From positions 1 through 33,953 of IMG/VR virus record IMGVR_UViG_3300038701_001532: a stretch of 33,953 bases of DNA. One strand, given 5' to 3'. The position numbers were made by a program, and so were the translations under genes. Source of the DNA: a virus. Under the pieces are notes generated by a model, which worked only from the letters and a program-made list of their open reading frames with translations, was not told the origin of the DNA and did no database searches. Shown piece by piece: positions 1 to 7,516 of the stretch. Each line of letters opens with the position of its first letter. Positions within the stretch are counted from its first letter, which is position 1.

Positions 1-127
1 CCATAACGCAATAGGGGTTTATATGTCTGATAACAAAAACAACGAAAAGGCCAAGATAGCCGAGCAAGTTTTTAATGAGCATGTTCTCGCCATTCCTGAG
101 CAACTTTTGCACGCTAAATTTGCCGAA
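1..127. repeat. Terminal direct repeat, copy 1 (identical to 33827..33953); most likely a circular-assembly overlap
   Basis: Base-by-base comparison: positions 1..127 (ccataacgcaataggggtttatatg...ctaaatttgccgaa) recur exactly at 33827..33953, which is the very end of the window. Confidence 0.9.
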
Positions 128-685
128 AAACTGGCCAAAGAAAAAGCTAGGGAAGAAAAAGCAAAGCAAATTGAAGAAGCGCGTAAAAAAAGAAAACAAA
201 CCATTAAAGATGAATGGCGCACGCCTCAAGATTTGTACGATGAGCTTAACGCCGAGTTCAGATTTATTGCTGACGCTTGCGCAACGGCTGAAAACAAACT
301 CGCAAAGTTTTACTTTAAAGACTGTACAACGGTTGATTGGGTTGATGAGATTAAAAGGCTTAAAGACCGCAAAGAAAAGATACACTTTAAAAAGCGCGCT
401 ATCTTTATGAACCCACCATATTCTGACGTTGGGCGCTTTGTACATAAGGCGCTTATTGAGTCGCAAAGAATAAAGGTTGTTTGCCTTGTCCCTAACAGCA
501 TTATTACTTGCCGCTATCTTGATGTCATGGACAACAACAGAGGTAAAACCCTGTTTCGCGATTTTAACAGCCGTATAGAGTTTAGATTTCTTAGCCGTAG
601 AACTAGGTTTAATCATCCTGTACTAGAACCCTCTAACCCGCCCGGCGGTTGTATGATCTTGATAATGTCACCACTTCAAGAATAA
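23..685 (+). CDS. dam: Phage Dam-type DNA N6-adenine methyltransferase
   Basis: 220-aa ORF. It has WRTPQDLYDELNAEFRFIADACA and the catalytic FMNPPYSD (NPPY) motif typical of the phage Dam family. A GGGG RBS lies 7 nt upstream of the ATG. Confidence 0.85.
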   Translation: MSDNKNNEKAKIAEQVFNEHVLAIPEQLLHAKFAEKLAKEKAREEKAKQIEEARKKRKQTIKDEWRTPQDLYDELNAEFRFIADACATAENKLAKFYFKDCTTVDWVDEIKRLKDRKEKIHFKKRAIFMNPPYSDVGRFVHKALIESQRIKVVCLVPNSIITCRYLDVMDNNRGKTLFRDFNSRIEFRFLSRRTRFNHPVLEPSNPPGGCMILIMSPLQE

Positions 686-1260
686 TGCACAAATTGGCCA
701 TAGGGGATTTTGTCCCCTTTAGCTTTGTACTTATTCTTTAAGTCTTCTAGTTGGTCGGCATCTTCACACTCGATCACAAACCTATATGATTGGCTATCCG
801 ATGGGTTGCGCTCGCTATCATCTACATGGTCAGTTTGCATAAACTCGGCAAACTCTTTCGGGTTCCACTTTGCCAAATCTTCTAGCTCAAACACATTACC
901 GAGCATGTCATGATCCCATTCGCCATAGCTGACATTGCAAGATATGTTAACCTCTTGGAACTCATTAGCCGTTAACTTGCGATCTGGTATGCGTACGTCT
1001 GCTTTGGTATAACCGGCCAGCTTGAGCACTTCTAAACGTTGATGCCCCGATATAACCGTATAATCAGCATCAATAATGATAATGTCATGATAGCCGGTTT
1101 TTTCAATACTCGCCGCTAGCCGTTTTACTTCGGCCTCTGTGATAGATCGCGGGTTGAATTCATAAGGCTTAAGCTCAGATAACTTTACAGTCGTGCTAGT
1201 CCATACAGGGGCGTTTATTGTTTCTAGCTCAGGCGCACCCAAAGCGCTTAGATCTTCCAT
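676..1260 (-). CDS. ParB-like nuclease (ParBc/Srx) domain protein
   Basis: 194-aa ORF. KPYEFNPRSI...IIIIDADYTVISGHQRLEVLKLAG is the ParB N-terminal domain signature (GHQR box). The C-terminal half is acidic. Its 3' end overlaps dam by 10 nt, convergently. Confidence 0.8.
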   Translation of the reverse strand: MEDLSALGAPELETINAPVWTSTTVKLSELKPYEFNPRSITEAEVKRLAASIEKTGYHDIIIIDADYTVISGHQRLEVLKLAGYTKADVRIPDRKLTANEFQEVNISCNVSYGEWDHDMLGNVFELEDLAKWNPKEFAEFMQTDHVDDSERNPSDSQSYRFVIECEDADQLEDLKNKYKAKGDKIPYGQFVHYS

Positions 1261-1371
1261 GTAACTACTCCATTTTTTTTACAATAATAACTCATCTAGC
1301 CGACAAACGGTATAGCAAAGCGTTTTATATGGTCTATATTTTAAGTATACCAACTAACAATCAGGTGAAGC

Positions 1372-1794
1372 ATGAACGAACTAAACGAACTTTTCGGCGA
1401 AGTAATCCATTCATATACACGCGAACAAGCTATTGAAGATGGTACGCTTGTTGAGCTGCCAATAAAGGATTGCGTCGAAGCTGGCATTAAAACCCATGTT
1501 GCAGTAACCAGATCTGTTTATTTCGATTTCATCCACTGGACAGACAAAGACAGCAAACGCCAAACCCCACAAGATGAGTCAGGCCGACTATGGGATCTAG
1601 TATGGATGCTTGCCAACGCAATGAGATCGCCATTCAACGAAAACAAAAGCGAGTTATTATTTGCACTGTACGTTGTCCCACGTGGTGATAAAAGCCGTGC
1701 TCGCAAACCCCGCAAAACAGTTTTAAAGGCTGTTATTGATGGGGGCGACAAAGGCATTCCAGTAATCACAATCATGCAGCTAGATGAAAGCTAA
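1372..1794 (+). CDS. Conserved hypothetical protein of a family seen on plasmids, ICEs and phages (recalled as a DUF6573-type family); function unknown
   Basis: 140-aa ORF with an AGGTGA RBS. The N-terminal IHSYTREQAIEDGTLVEL, then VAVTRSV, then QDESGRLWDLVWML and a C-terminal PVITIM match a pattern I recall from mobile-element proteins. The family number is from memory only. Confidence 0.5.
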   Translation: MNELNELFGEVIHSYTREQAIEDGTLVELPIKDCVEAGIKTHVAVTRSVYFDFIHWTDKDSKRQTPQDESGRLWDLVWMLANAMRSPFNENKSELLFALYVVPRGDKSRARKPRKTVLKAVIDGGDKGIPVITIMQLDES

Positions 1795-2243
1795 TCATCT
1801 AAGGGGGGTTTTAACTCCCCGCCTAAGTACCAAGTAACAACGCTCTTTATCTCATCAATCCCATAGCACACCGTCGCAAAATAGCCTTGGTGGTTCATTT
1901 GCTTAATCACAGTCTTTTGAGTCTCGCTAGGGTAGCGCCTTACAATCTTCTTATCTGGCTTAATCTCAACCCGTAGGCCAGCATAGCAAACGCCATCAAT
2001 GCAGCTAGTAACATCAAGCACTAAGTCAGGTATCCCAGATTTTAAACCCATGTCTTGCAAATCCTTGGCCGTCTTTTTATGCCTGTACTCACCATTTGCC
2101 GGGTGATAAAACACGTGGTAATACTGTGGATAGATCCGATGGAACCACGCCACCGCTTGACGCTGTACCGGCTTTTCATGTTCTACCCTCGGCTTTTTTG
2201 TGCGCGTGGCTTGCGGTCTTTTCTTAGGCTTCCTTGCAAACAA
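1791..2243 (-). CDS. VRR-NUC domain nuclease (PD-(D/E)XK fold)
   Basis: 150-aa ORF. GIPDLVLDV...GLRVEIKPDKK supplies the D...E-x-K catalytic arrangement. The basic N-terminal tail is also typical of VRR-NUC proteins. Confidence 0.75.
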   Translation of the reverse strand: MFARKPKKRPQATRTKKPRVEHEKPVQRQAVAWFHRIYPQYYHVFYHPANGEYRHKKTAKDLQDMGLKSGIPDLVLDVTSCIDGVCYAGLRVEIKPDKKIVRRYPSETQKTVIKQMNHQGYFATVCYGIDEIKSVVTWYLGGELKPPLDD

Positions 2244-2246
2244 TGT

Positions 2247-2618
2247 TTAATCCTTTTCTTGCTGGCTTTCCCCGCCACTTTGTTTTTTAATTATTTCGAG
2301 CCAATCATCAATCACCACCTGACGATCTACGTTTACGATTGCATCGGCTAGCTTTCCAGCATTCTCAATAATGGTTGAGATTAAAGGCGAGTGGCAGCCA
2401 TCAGGGGTAAGCGCCATGGCTCGACCTAGAAAGGCCATTGCTAGCGTTGAACAAATGCTAATATCTTCATTGCTTCCAATGTACTCATTTTGAGCAATCT
2501 GATCGCTTGATACTTTGGTGATGTTATATGCCAGCTTGCAGATCTCTGTTTCCATGCTCGCGGCGTTTCTTGTAGCCTTGTCATAATCTGTCATGGTTCC
2601 CTCTTTCTTGTTCAACAT
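2247..2618 (-). CDS. Hypothetical protein (the real start may be the ATG at 2594)
   Basis: 123-aa ORF abutting the stop of the upstream gene. The internal ATG at 2594 is preceded by AGAGGGA, which is a better RBS. No recognisable motif. Confidence 0.6.
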   Translation of the reverse strand: MLNKKEGTMTDYDKATRNAASMETEICKLAYNITKVSSDQIAQNEYIGSNEDISICSTLAMAFLGRAMALTPDGCHSPLISTIIENAGKLADAIVNVDRQVVIDDWLEIIKKQSGGESQQEKD

Positions 2619-3497
2619 TTAAGCCTCAATCACATTTTGCTTTCTTAGTCTTTGCGCAACATCAAAATAACTTTTTTCGCCAACTTTGGCGTGTCGCTCA
2701 AGTGTGCGTTTTGAATAGCCAAACATCATATCATCGTTTGGCTTGGCTGGCGCTTGCGTTTTAGTTCGCTGCCTTTCATGCATTGGGGCGCTGATTAATC
2801 CTTTGAGCTGCTTATACTTGTTCACCATGAAGCCGCACAAGTTGCGCATACGTCGCCCTTTGCCCCTAAAGTGGTAAGCCTCTTCAACCAAGCGTATTTT
2901 ATCCATTTCTGAGCAATTGAGGCGCTTAAGCAGCTGTTCAACCTCTTGAGCTTGGCAATCGTTGAAAGACTTATCGACCTGTTGTTTGACTGACGGCTCA
3001 AGCTCAACGTCTTTGACTTCGTGCTCAGACTTCATGAGCTTTGTTTTTTCATCAGCTTGAAAAGCACCATTTCCCATTAATGGATCTTTTTTGTTTATAT
3101 AAATAGTGTGCTCGGTTTGTTCCTTGTTTGTTCCTTGATTTGTGGCGACTGACTTAAATAAGTCCATAAATTTGTTTATTATTTGAACAAATGAGGGGTT
3201 TCTACCGTTCTTTTTTACCTGAAATATGTTTGCTTGCTTACACTTTCTATAGGTCGCCTCTACAACAGAGCGTGAAACGCCGCACTCATCGGCAATGGTC
3301 TTTTGTGATTTCTCACACCGCCAACGATGCTTGGTCGCATAATAGAATATGTGCTTGAATACTTTGAACTCTAATTTAGTCAGCCACATGCCGAGCTTCA
3401 CAAGCGATTTGTGCAGTTTGTCGGTTAATGTGTAGATCGGTGAGTTGTTTTGCTTAAAATGATTGACATGCTGATCAGATGTTGTAAAATTGCTCAT
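2619..3497 (-). CDS. Winged-HTH DNA-binding protein, putative replication initiator or early regulator
   Basis: 292-aa ORF with an AAGGAAGG RBS. SQKTIADECGVSRSVVEATYRKCKQANIF is an HTH segment. It is the first gene of a leftward operon next to a repeat-bearing divergent region. No helicase or primase is present elsewhere in the genome. Confidence 0.45.
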   Translation of the reverse strand: MSNFTTSDQHVNHFKQNNSPIYTLTDKLHKSLVKLGMWLTKLEFKVFKHIFYYATKHRWRCEKSQKTIADECGVSRSVVEATYRKCKQANIFQVKKNGRNPSFVQIINKFMDLFKSVATNQGTNKEQTEHTIYINKKDPLMGNGAFQADEKTKLMKSEHEVKDVELEPSVKQQVDKSFNDCQAQEVEQLLKRLNCSEMDKIRLVEEAYHFRGKGRRMRNLCGFMVNKYKQLKGLISAPMHERQRTKTQAPAKPNDDMMFGYSKRTLERHAKVGEKSYFDVAQRLRKQNVIEA

Positions 3498-3798
3498 GAA
3501 TTACGCGCCTTCCTTGGTGTGTTTTTTAGCAACTTCATTGTTGTGTTTCCTTTTTTTCTTGGTTGGGAAAAAGTTAACGTTCGTTTTATGCGTTTGCCGC
3601 GACATAAAACAAAAGCTAGGATGCAAATTTCTATGGGGTTGTTTATTCAACCCCGCCAAAGGGACTAATATTTAAGTCCACTTTCCAAAGCTCAATAATT
3701 CTATGATCAAATCTCTCCTTTGTCATTAGCTACACCCAATTATTTTTATTTCGTTTAATTCTTTAGATCTATTTGTCATGTTTAAATGTTTGATTTAA

Positions 3799-3881
3799 TT
3801 CGACACGTTTAACGCATATGTCTACACGTTCGACATGTTTTTGCGGGTGTTCGCATTGGGGGCGTTTCAGGGTGTTGCATT
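3799..3881. promoter_or_regulatory. Two pairs of direct repeats in the divergent intergenic region (candidate operators or iterons)
   Basis: TTCGACACGTTT (3799..3810) and TTCGACATGTTT (3829..3840) start 30 bp apart. GGGTGTTCGCATT (3845..3857) and GGGTGTTGCATT (3870..3881) start 25 bp apart. Confidence 0.5.
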
Positions 3882-3935
3882 CAAGCAATTAAATAAGTCA
3901 TTCTGATTAAGTTAGATTTATATAGAGGTCACAAA

Positions 3936-4145
3936 ATGGATGTGAAACAAAACCGTGAAACACTACCAGAAAACCAACTTAATATGATTACACTCGAACC
4001 AGATCCCTACGAACCAGACAGCTGTTATATAAGATACATTGAAGTTCTAACCACGTCAGGCACTCGAATATGTTTGCCGTTAAACTGGTATAGGTCTATG
4101 GATGATTTGATTAAGCGCACTGAAAAGGTTTTGTATACCACCTAA
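3936..4145 (+). CDS. Hypothetical protein
   Basis: 69-aa ORF with an AGAGG RBS upstream, followed 5 nt later by a GC-rich hairpin. No motif recognised. Confidence 0.55.
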   Translation: MDVKQNRETLPENQLNMITLEPDPYEPDSCYIRYIEVLTTSGTRICLPLNWYRSMDDLIKRTEKVLYTT

Positions 4146-4149
4146 AACA

Positions 4150-4178
4150 AAAGGGGGCTAAGGAATAAACCCCCCTTT
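4150..4178. terminator. Rho-independent terminator hairpin between convergent units (best on the minus strand, possibly bidirectional)
   Basis: AAAGGGGG-(13 nt loop)-CCCCCTTT. On the minus strand the stem is followed by TTTTGTTTT. Confidence 0.55.
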
Positions 4179-4318
4179 GGCGCGTTCTAGGAGTGAAACG
4201 GACATTTCACGAAAAAAGCAATTTAACCATAGCAACAATTTGTTATGCTGTCTATGCTGGTTTAGATTAGCTCTTTCGCAGCCTCTCCAAAGTCATAAAG
4301 CACTAAGCCAGCCACCAA

Positions 4319-4792
4319 TCAAAAAGGTATATCGTTTAGATCATCATCTTCAAAGTCGCTTTCTGTTAGCGAGTCACTCGATTGCTTTTGTCTTCTATAG
4401 TCGTCGCTTGTTTGACGGGTGTTTGACTGTTGTTTGCTACCGCCCCCATGCCCGTTATTTGAGCCTTTAGAGTCAAGCATCTGTAATTCTTTCGCCACAA
4501 TATTAACGGCGTACTGCGTCTTACCGCTCTTATCTTCCCACTTGTTTGTTTTAAGCGAGCCTTCAATGTAAACCTTAGAACCTTTGCTTAAATATTTGTC
4601 TGCAACTTCAGCTAAGCGACCAAATATAGTTATGTTGTGCCACTCTGTAACCTCTTTTTGCTCACCCGTGTTTTTGTCTTTGTACCGTTGCGACGTTGCT
4701 ACAGACATCTTTACAAAAATACCGCTTCTTGATTCTATGGTTTCAATCTTGCCAATGTTGCCTAAGATGATTACCTTATTAATTCCCGCCAT
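4319..4792 (-). CDS. ssb: Single-stranded DNA-binding protein
   Basis: 157-aa ORF. It has the N-terminal OB-fold pattern (MAGINKVIILGNIG...TEWHNITIFGRLAE...GSKVYIEGSLKTNKWEDKSG), a Gly/Gln-rich linker and the acidic C-terminal tip DDDLNDIPF. Confidence 0.95.
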   Translation of the reverse strand: MAGINKVIILGNIGKIETIESRSGIFVKMSVATSQRYKDKNTGEQKEVTEWHNITIFGRLAEVADKYLSKGSKVYIEGSLKTNKWEDKSGKTQYAVNIVAKELQMLDSKGSNNGHGGGSKQQSNTRQTSDDYRRQKQSSDSLTESDFEDDDLNDIPF

Positions 4793-5102
4793 TATATAGA
4801 TCCTTTATTTCACCCATCGATTCTAAAACTTGCTCATCAAACAAAGCCGTGCCGGGTGGGTTTAAACGCCTTCTATACACACGGTTTTCGTTTAAAGTGC
4901 TTTCGAGCATCCCCTCAAATCTACCAATTAAGTTTTGAATATGCATGATTTGCGATCTAGCTTGGTTTGCCGTCGGGCTTGATTTTAAGCTAGCCATGGC
5001 AGACTCGAAATAACCCTCTAATTCTGTAACAAGCATGTTCCAATTTTCGGCGGTTTCTTCACCACGTGATTTGATTTCAATTTTGCTCATCATCGCCCCC
5101 AT
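4779..5102 (-). CDS. Hypothetical helical protein (start uncertain: 5102, 5093 or 5090)
   Basis: 107-aa ORF in operon with erf and ssb. It appears to share a helical module with the two upstream genes (see findings). Confidence 0.55.
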   Translation of the reverse strand: MGAMMSKIEIKSRGEETAENWNMLVTELEGYFESAMASLKSSPTANQARSQIMHIQNLIGRFEGMLESTLNENRVYRRRLNPPGTALFDEQVLESMGEIKDLYNGGN

Positions 5103-5604
5103 TTAAATATTTTTCATCAATGAACCTTGTACCTTTTATCTCTTTCATTGCGGTATCAAGCCTTGCAGACAAGCTTTGAATCAGGCCGATTTGTTCGGCA
5201 TGATACTTTTTGTTTTCTTCACCTATAGCGTGAAACAGTCCCATAACCACATGATGCAAGGTTTGTTGGTAATAGTTCCAATAATTTACTAGGTCGTCTG
5301 TTCCAAAATGGATAAGCTCAAATCCACACCGCTTTTTTTCTAAGGCTGGATCTCTGTTTGACGTAATCATGACACTAACCCACGCCCCACGCCTACGAGC
5401 ATCTAACAAGCTGACGTTTGGCCACACACCTAAAGAAATTCTTCTTTCTTGTTTTTTATAGGTATACTTTTTGCGCCATAGCTTAGAACCGTTGGGCATC
5501 ACCTCAAGATATACCCCCCCGCCATCAAACAAATATTTGCTTTTTTCACCTGGCGTTGCCTTGGCTATCATGTCGGTTGTTAGCATTTCTGAGTGTTTCA
5601 TCAT
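5077..5604 (-). CDS. Stand-alone P4-type integrase arm DNA-binding domain (DUF4102 / Arm-DNA-bind_3-like) fused to an unknown C-terminal domain
   Basis: 175-aa ORF. LTTDMIAKATPGEKSKYLFDGGGVYLEVMPNGSKLWRKKYTYKKQERRISLGVWPNVSLLDARRR closely follows the N-terminal arm-binding domain consensus of P4-family integrases. There is no core-binding or catalytic domain. Confidence 0.75.
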   Translation of the reverse strand: MMKHSEMLTTDMIAKATPGEKSKYLFDGGGVYLEVMPNGSKLWRKKYTYKKQERRISLGVWPNVSLLDARRRGAWVSVMITSNRDPALEKKRCGFELIHFGTDDLVNYWNYYQQTLHHVVMGLFHAIGEENKKYHAEQIGLIQSLSARLDTAMKEIKGTRFIDEKYLNGGDDEQN

Positions 5605-5903
5605 TCAGCGCCAAGAAAGAAACTAGCCTCTTTCAATTTTCTACGGCTTTGTTCTGCTAGTTTTTGGATTTGTTCTGATATTGTGTGAACTTGGCTTATT
5701 AAACCTGTTAAATCTCCTACGTGAGTCGTGCGGGTTTCTATATCCATAGATTGCATTAAGTGCTCAAGGTTAGCCACCATCCCCGTTATGTTTTCCCATA
5801 TTTCATTGATATGTACAGGCCGATCGATTCTCATTTCTAAATTATTCACGGGGTGATCTTGCGGGTCTAAGTCTGTTTCAAATGCTATCGTTTCATCTGT
5901 CAT
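5601..5903 (-). CDS. Hypothetical helical protein
   Basis: I chose the ATG at 5903, which forms an ATGA overlap with the erf stop at 5900..5902. The longer 141-aa track ORF would overlap erf by 127 nt. Confidence 0.55.
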   Translation of the reverse strand: MTDETIAFETDLDPQDHPVNNLEMRIDRPVHINEIWENITGMVANLEHLMQSMDIETRTTHVGDLTGLISQVHTISEQIQKLAEQSRRKLKEASFFLGAE

Positions 5904-6742
5904 TTTTTTGCCTCTTTCGCTTTCGCTTCGTCTATCCGTCTTAGTATATCTTTTAGCCACACTTGCACTTTGGGTTGCAGCATTGGCCACGTTGCTTTTT
6001 TGCCTTCGTCGCTTGCTCGCTTCCAAGATCTATAAGCTTTAATCTGGGCGTTTTTGTCATCGACTAAGCAGCATTCAATTATAACATTCATCAACTGTAA
6101 TGACTGTTTCGGTTTTTCTCTTGTGGTTTTTTCTGGCAGCTTGTCAAAATGGTTTGATGATGGGCGGTCGTCGATTTCTTCTTTGCCATCGTCGATTAAA
6201 AACATGGCTTGCATGGCATACTTGCGTGAGTAGCTTTGTGCGCTTCCAGTTATCTGGCTTTCATCCTTTCCTTTTTGAACTTCTTGCTCTCTCGCCCACC
6301 CGTTAGCCGTGACTACATCGCCCCCATACTTAAAGTGTACGGTCGACTTGATGTAATAACGCTCGCCTTTGTGCTCTAAGTCGTCAACTATCCAGCAAGC
6401 CGCGCCATCAGGTAAGTTGCGCTTAATCTCTTTATACATCGATTCGGCGTTTCTATAGCTATAGCCACCAAATGAGTTGGTCATGTCTTTGGGTACTCTT
6501 AGCCGTGACTGAACATAAGTTAAAGCGTCGTGTACATCATCGTACTTGTCTTTCTCTTTAACCTCATATAGATCGGGGTCTGGCTCTGGCTCAGATGGGG
6601 GCGGCTCAGGTCTGCTTATGCCCCTAGCGTTTGCCTGTGTTCCCCTTACAGTGTCTTGCATCCAATTATGGTAATGCTCTTCACTGTCCATTTGCTGCCT
6701 GTCGTCGTAATCATCATCCGTCGGTATGTCTTGCTCATTCAC
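5900..6742 (-). CDS. erf: Erf-family single-strand annealing recombinase
   Basis: 280-aa ORF. VPKDMTNSFGGYSYRNAESMYKEIK...HKGERYYIKSTVHF...GSAQSYSRKYAMQAMFLIDD matches ERF family blocks. It lies upstream of ssb. Confidence 0.85.
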   Translation of the reverse strand: MNEQDIPTDDDYDDRQQMDSEEHYHNWMQDTVRGTQANARGISRPEPPPSEPEPDPDLYEVKEKDKYDDVHDALTYVQSRLRVPKDMTNSFGGYSYRNAESMYKEIKRNLPDGAACWIVDDLEHKGERYYIKSTVHFKYGGDVVTANGWAREQEVQKGKDESQITGSAQSYSRKYAMQAMFLIDDGKEEIDDRPSSNHFDKLPEKTTREKPKQSLQLMNVIIECCLVDDKNAQIKAYRSWKRASDEGKKATWPMLQPKVQVWLKDILRRIDEAKAKEAKK

Positions 6743-6776
6743 GTTGAGATCCCCTTATTAACAAAGCGTTATTATA

Positions 6777-6797
6777 TGCTATACTAAGCTATACCGC
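6777..6797 (+). promoter_or_regulatory. Extended -10 promoter (TGCTATACT) with a GCTATA-N4-GCTATA motif upstream of the plus-strand block
   Basis: TGcTATACT at 6777..6785. GCTATActaaGCTATAccgc is at 6778..6797. An AAGGAA RBS lies 10 nt before the ATG at 6820. Confidence 0.5.
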
Positions 6798-6819
6798 AAA
6801 GATAAGGAACATTGAATTT

Positions 6820-7029
6820 ATGAGAATATTTAGGCGTGAACGTCATGAAGGCCGACGACCTGAACAGGTGAATATACGCTTGTCAAAAGAAGAAAAAGAG
6901 TTGCTCGAAACCGTGGCCGATTCTCTCGATATGGGGGCATCTACCTATGTCGCCATCGTCGCACTTGAAAAAGCTAGAAAGCAACTGAAAGCCAACAACA
7001 CCAAAAAAGATAAAAGGAAACCTAAGTAA
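6820..7029 (+). CDS. Ribbon-helix-helix (CopG/Arc/MobC-like) DNA-binding protein
   Basis: 69-aa ORF. RPEQVNIRLSKEEKELLETVADSLDMGASTYVAIVALEKARK follows the beta-strand, helix, helix pattern of RHH proteins. The C-terminal tail is basic. Confidence 0.65.
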   Translation: MRIFRRERHEGRRPEQVNIRLSKEEKELLETVADSLDMGASTYVAIVALEKARKQLKANNTKKDKRKPK

Positions 7030-7030
7030 G

Positions 7031-7270
7031 ATGCTGTTTACTTATAGACTGGTTAGGCTGTTGGGGGTGAGTGGTGACAATGTAAATGTATACTCACAGC
7101 TTGGCATCATCTGTAACAATGAATCAGATCTAAGGCTCTTAGCTGACAGGCTCAAGGATGGGCAGATTAATGATCTATATGTAACACATGGCGCTACCCC
7201 TGACGCAGCTTGTCCCCTATCTGCTTATATAACAGATACACCAACATCTATTGTATCCACACCTAAATAA
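7031..7270 (+). CDS. Hypothetical protein
   Basis: 79-aa ORF starting 1 nt after the RHH gene stop (translational coupling). No motif recognised. Confidence 0.55.
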   Translation: MLFTYRLVRLLGVSGDNVNVYSQLGIICNNESDLRLLADRLKDGQINDLYVTHGATPDAACPLSAYITDTPTSIVSTPK

Positions 7271-7335
7271 ATTTAGTTATTTACCCCACGTTCAGCTATA
7301 CCGTGCTATATTGTTAATATAGGCAAACGAAACGG
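7271..7335 (+). promoter_or_regulatory. Repeated promoter/operator cassette, copy A
   Basis: About 65 bp that align with 8092..8156. The two copies share the 18-mer GCTATACCGTGCTATATT (7295..7312), which contains the extended -10 TGcTATATT. This is followed by the palindrome TATATT-gtt-AATATA and then GGCAAACGAAA. Confidence 0.6.
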
Positions 7336-7346
7336 GCAGCAAAAAC

Positions 7347-7505
7347 ATGAAGCTAAAATCAGTATTTGAAGAATTACTCAGCGACTACTCAAATGGTGTA
7401 ATCACCCTAGATCGCTTGGTTAGCATTGCTTCAACTTTCGACCTTAATGATAAAGAGTTAATCAGACTATCTTTAACCATCACCCAAAAAGCGCAAGCCA
7501 AATAG
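7347..7505 (+). CDS. Small hypothetical protein (52 aa; not in the ORF track)
   Basis: Manual translation gives MKLKSVFEELLSDYSNGVITLDRLVSIASTFDLNDKELIRLSLTITQKAQAK*. It fills the gap between promoter cassette A and the next gene. The RBS is weak. Confidence 0.45.
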   Translation: MKLKSVFEELLSDYSNGVITLDRLVSIASTFDLNDKELIRLSLTITQKAQAK

Positions 7506-7516
7506 GAGCTTCCACA

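Noticed and set aside
1-127. Terminal repeats as IS/transposon ends or LTR-like elements
   Set aside because: The repeats are direct, sit exactly at the window ends and interrupt the dam gene. No transposase is present. This is consistent with circular-assembly overlap.
4177-4470. 97-aa plus-strand ORF overlapping the 3' half of ssb
   Set aside because: It is antisense to a high-confidence ssb gene and starts inside the terminator region. It has no RBS, and the product is low-complexity and rich in Leu, Ser, Arg and Cys.
5904-6026. N-terminal 41-aa extension of the 5601.. ORF (141-aa version in the track)
   Set aside because: The extension would overlap erf by 127 nt in another frame. The ATG at 5903 forms a typical ATGA stop/start coupling, so the shorter form is preferred.
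6820-7270. RHH protein plus downstream 79-aa ORF as a type II toxin-antitoxin pair
   Set aside because: The architecture is compatible (an RHH gene first, with the second gene starting 1 nt after its stop). However, the 79-aa protein shows none of the toxin signatures I know (RelE/ParE, MazF, PIN, HicA, Doc). The RHH gene is better explained as regulator of the repeated promoter cassettes.
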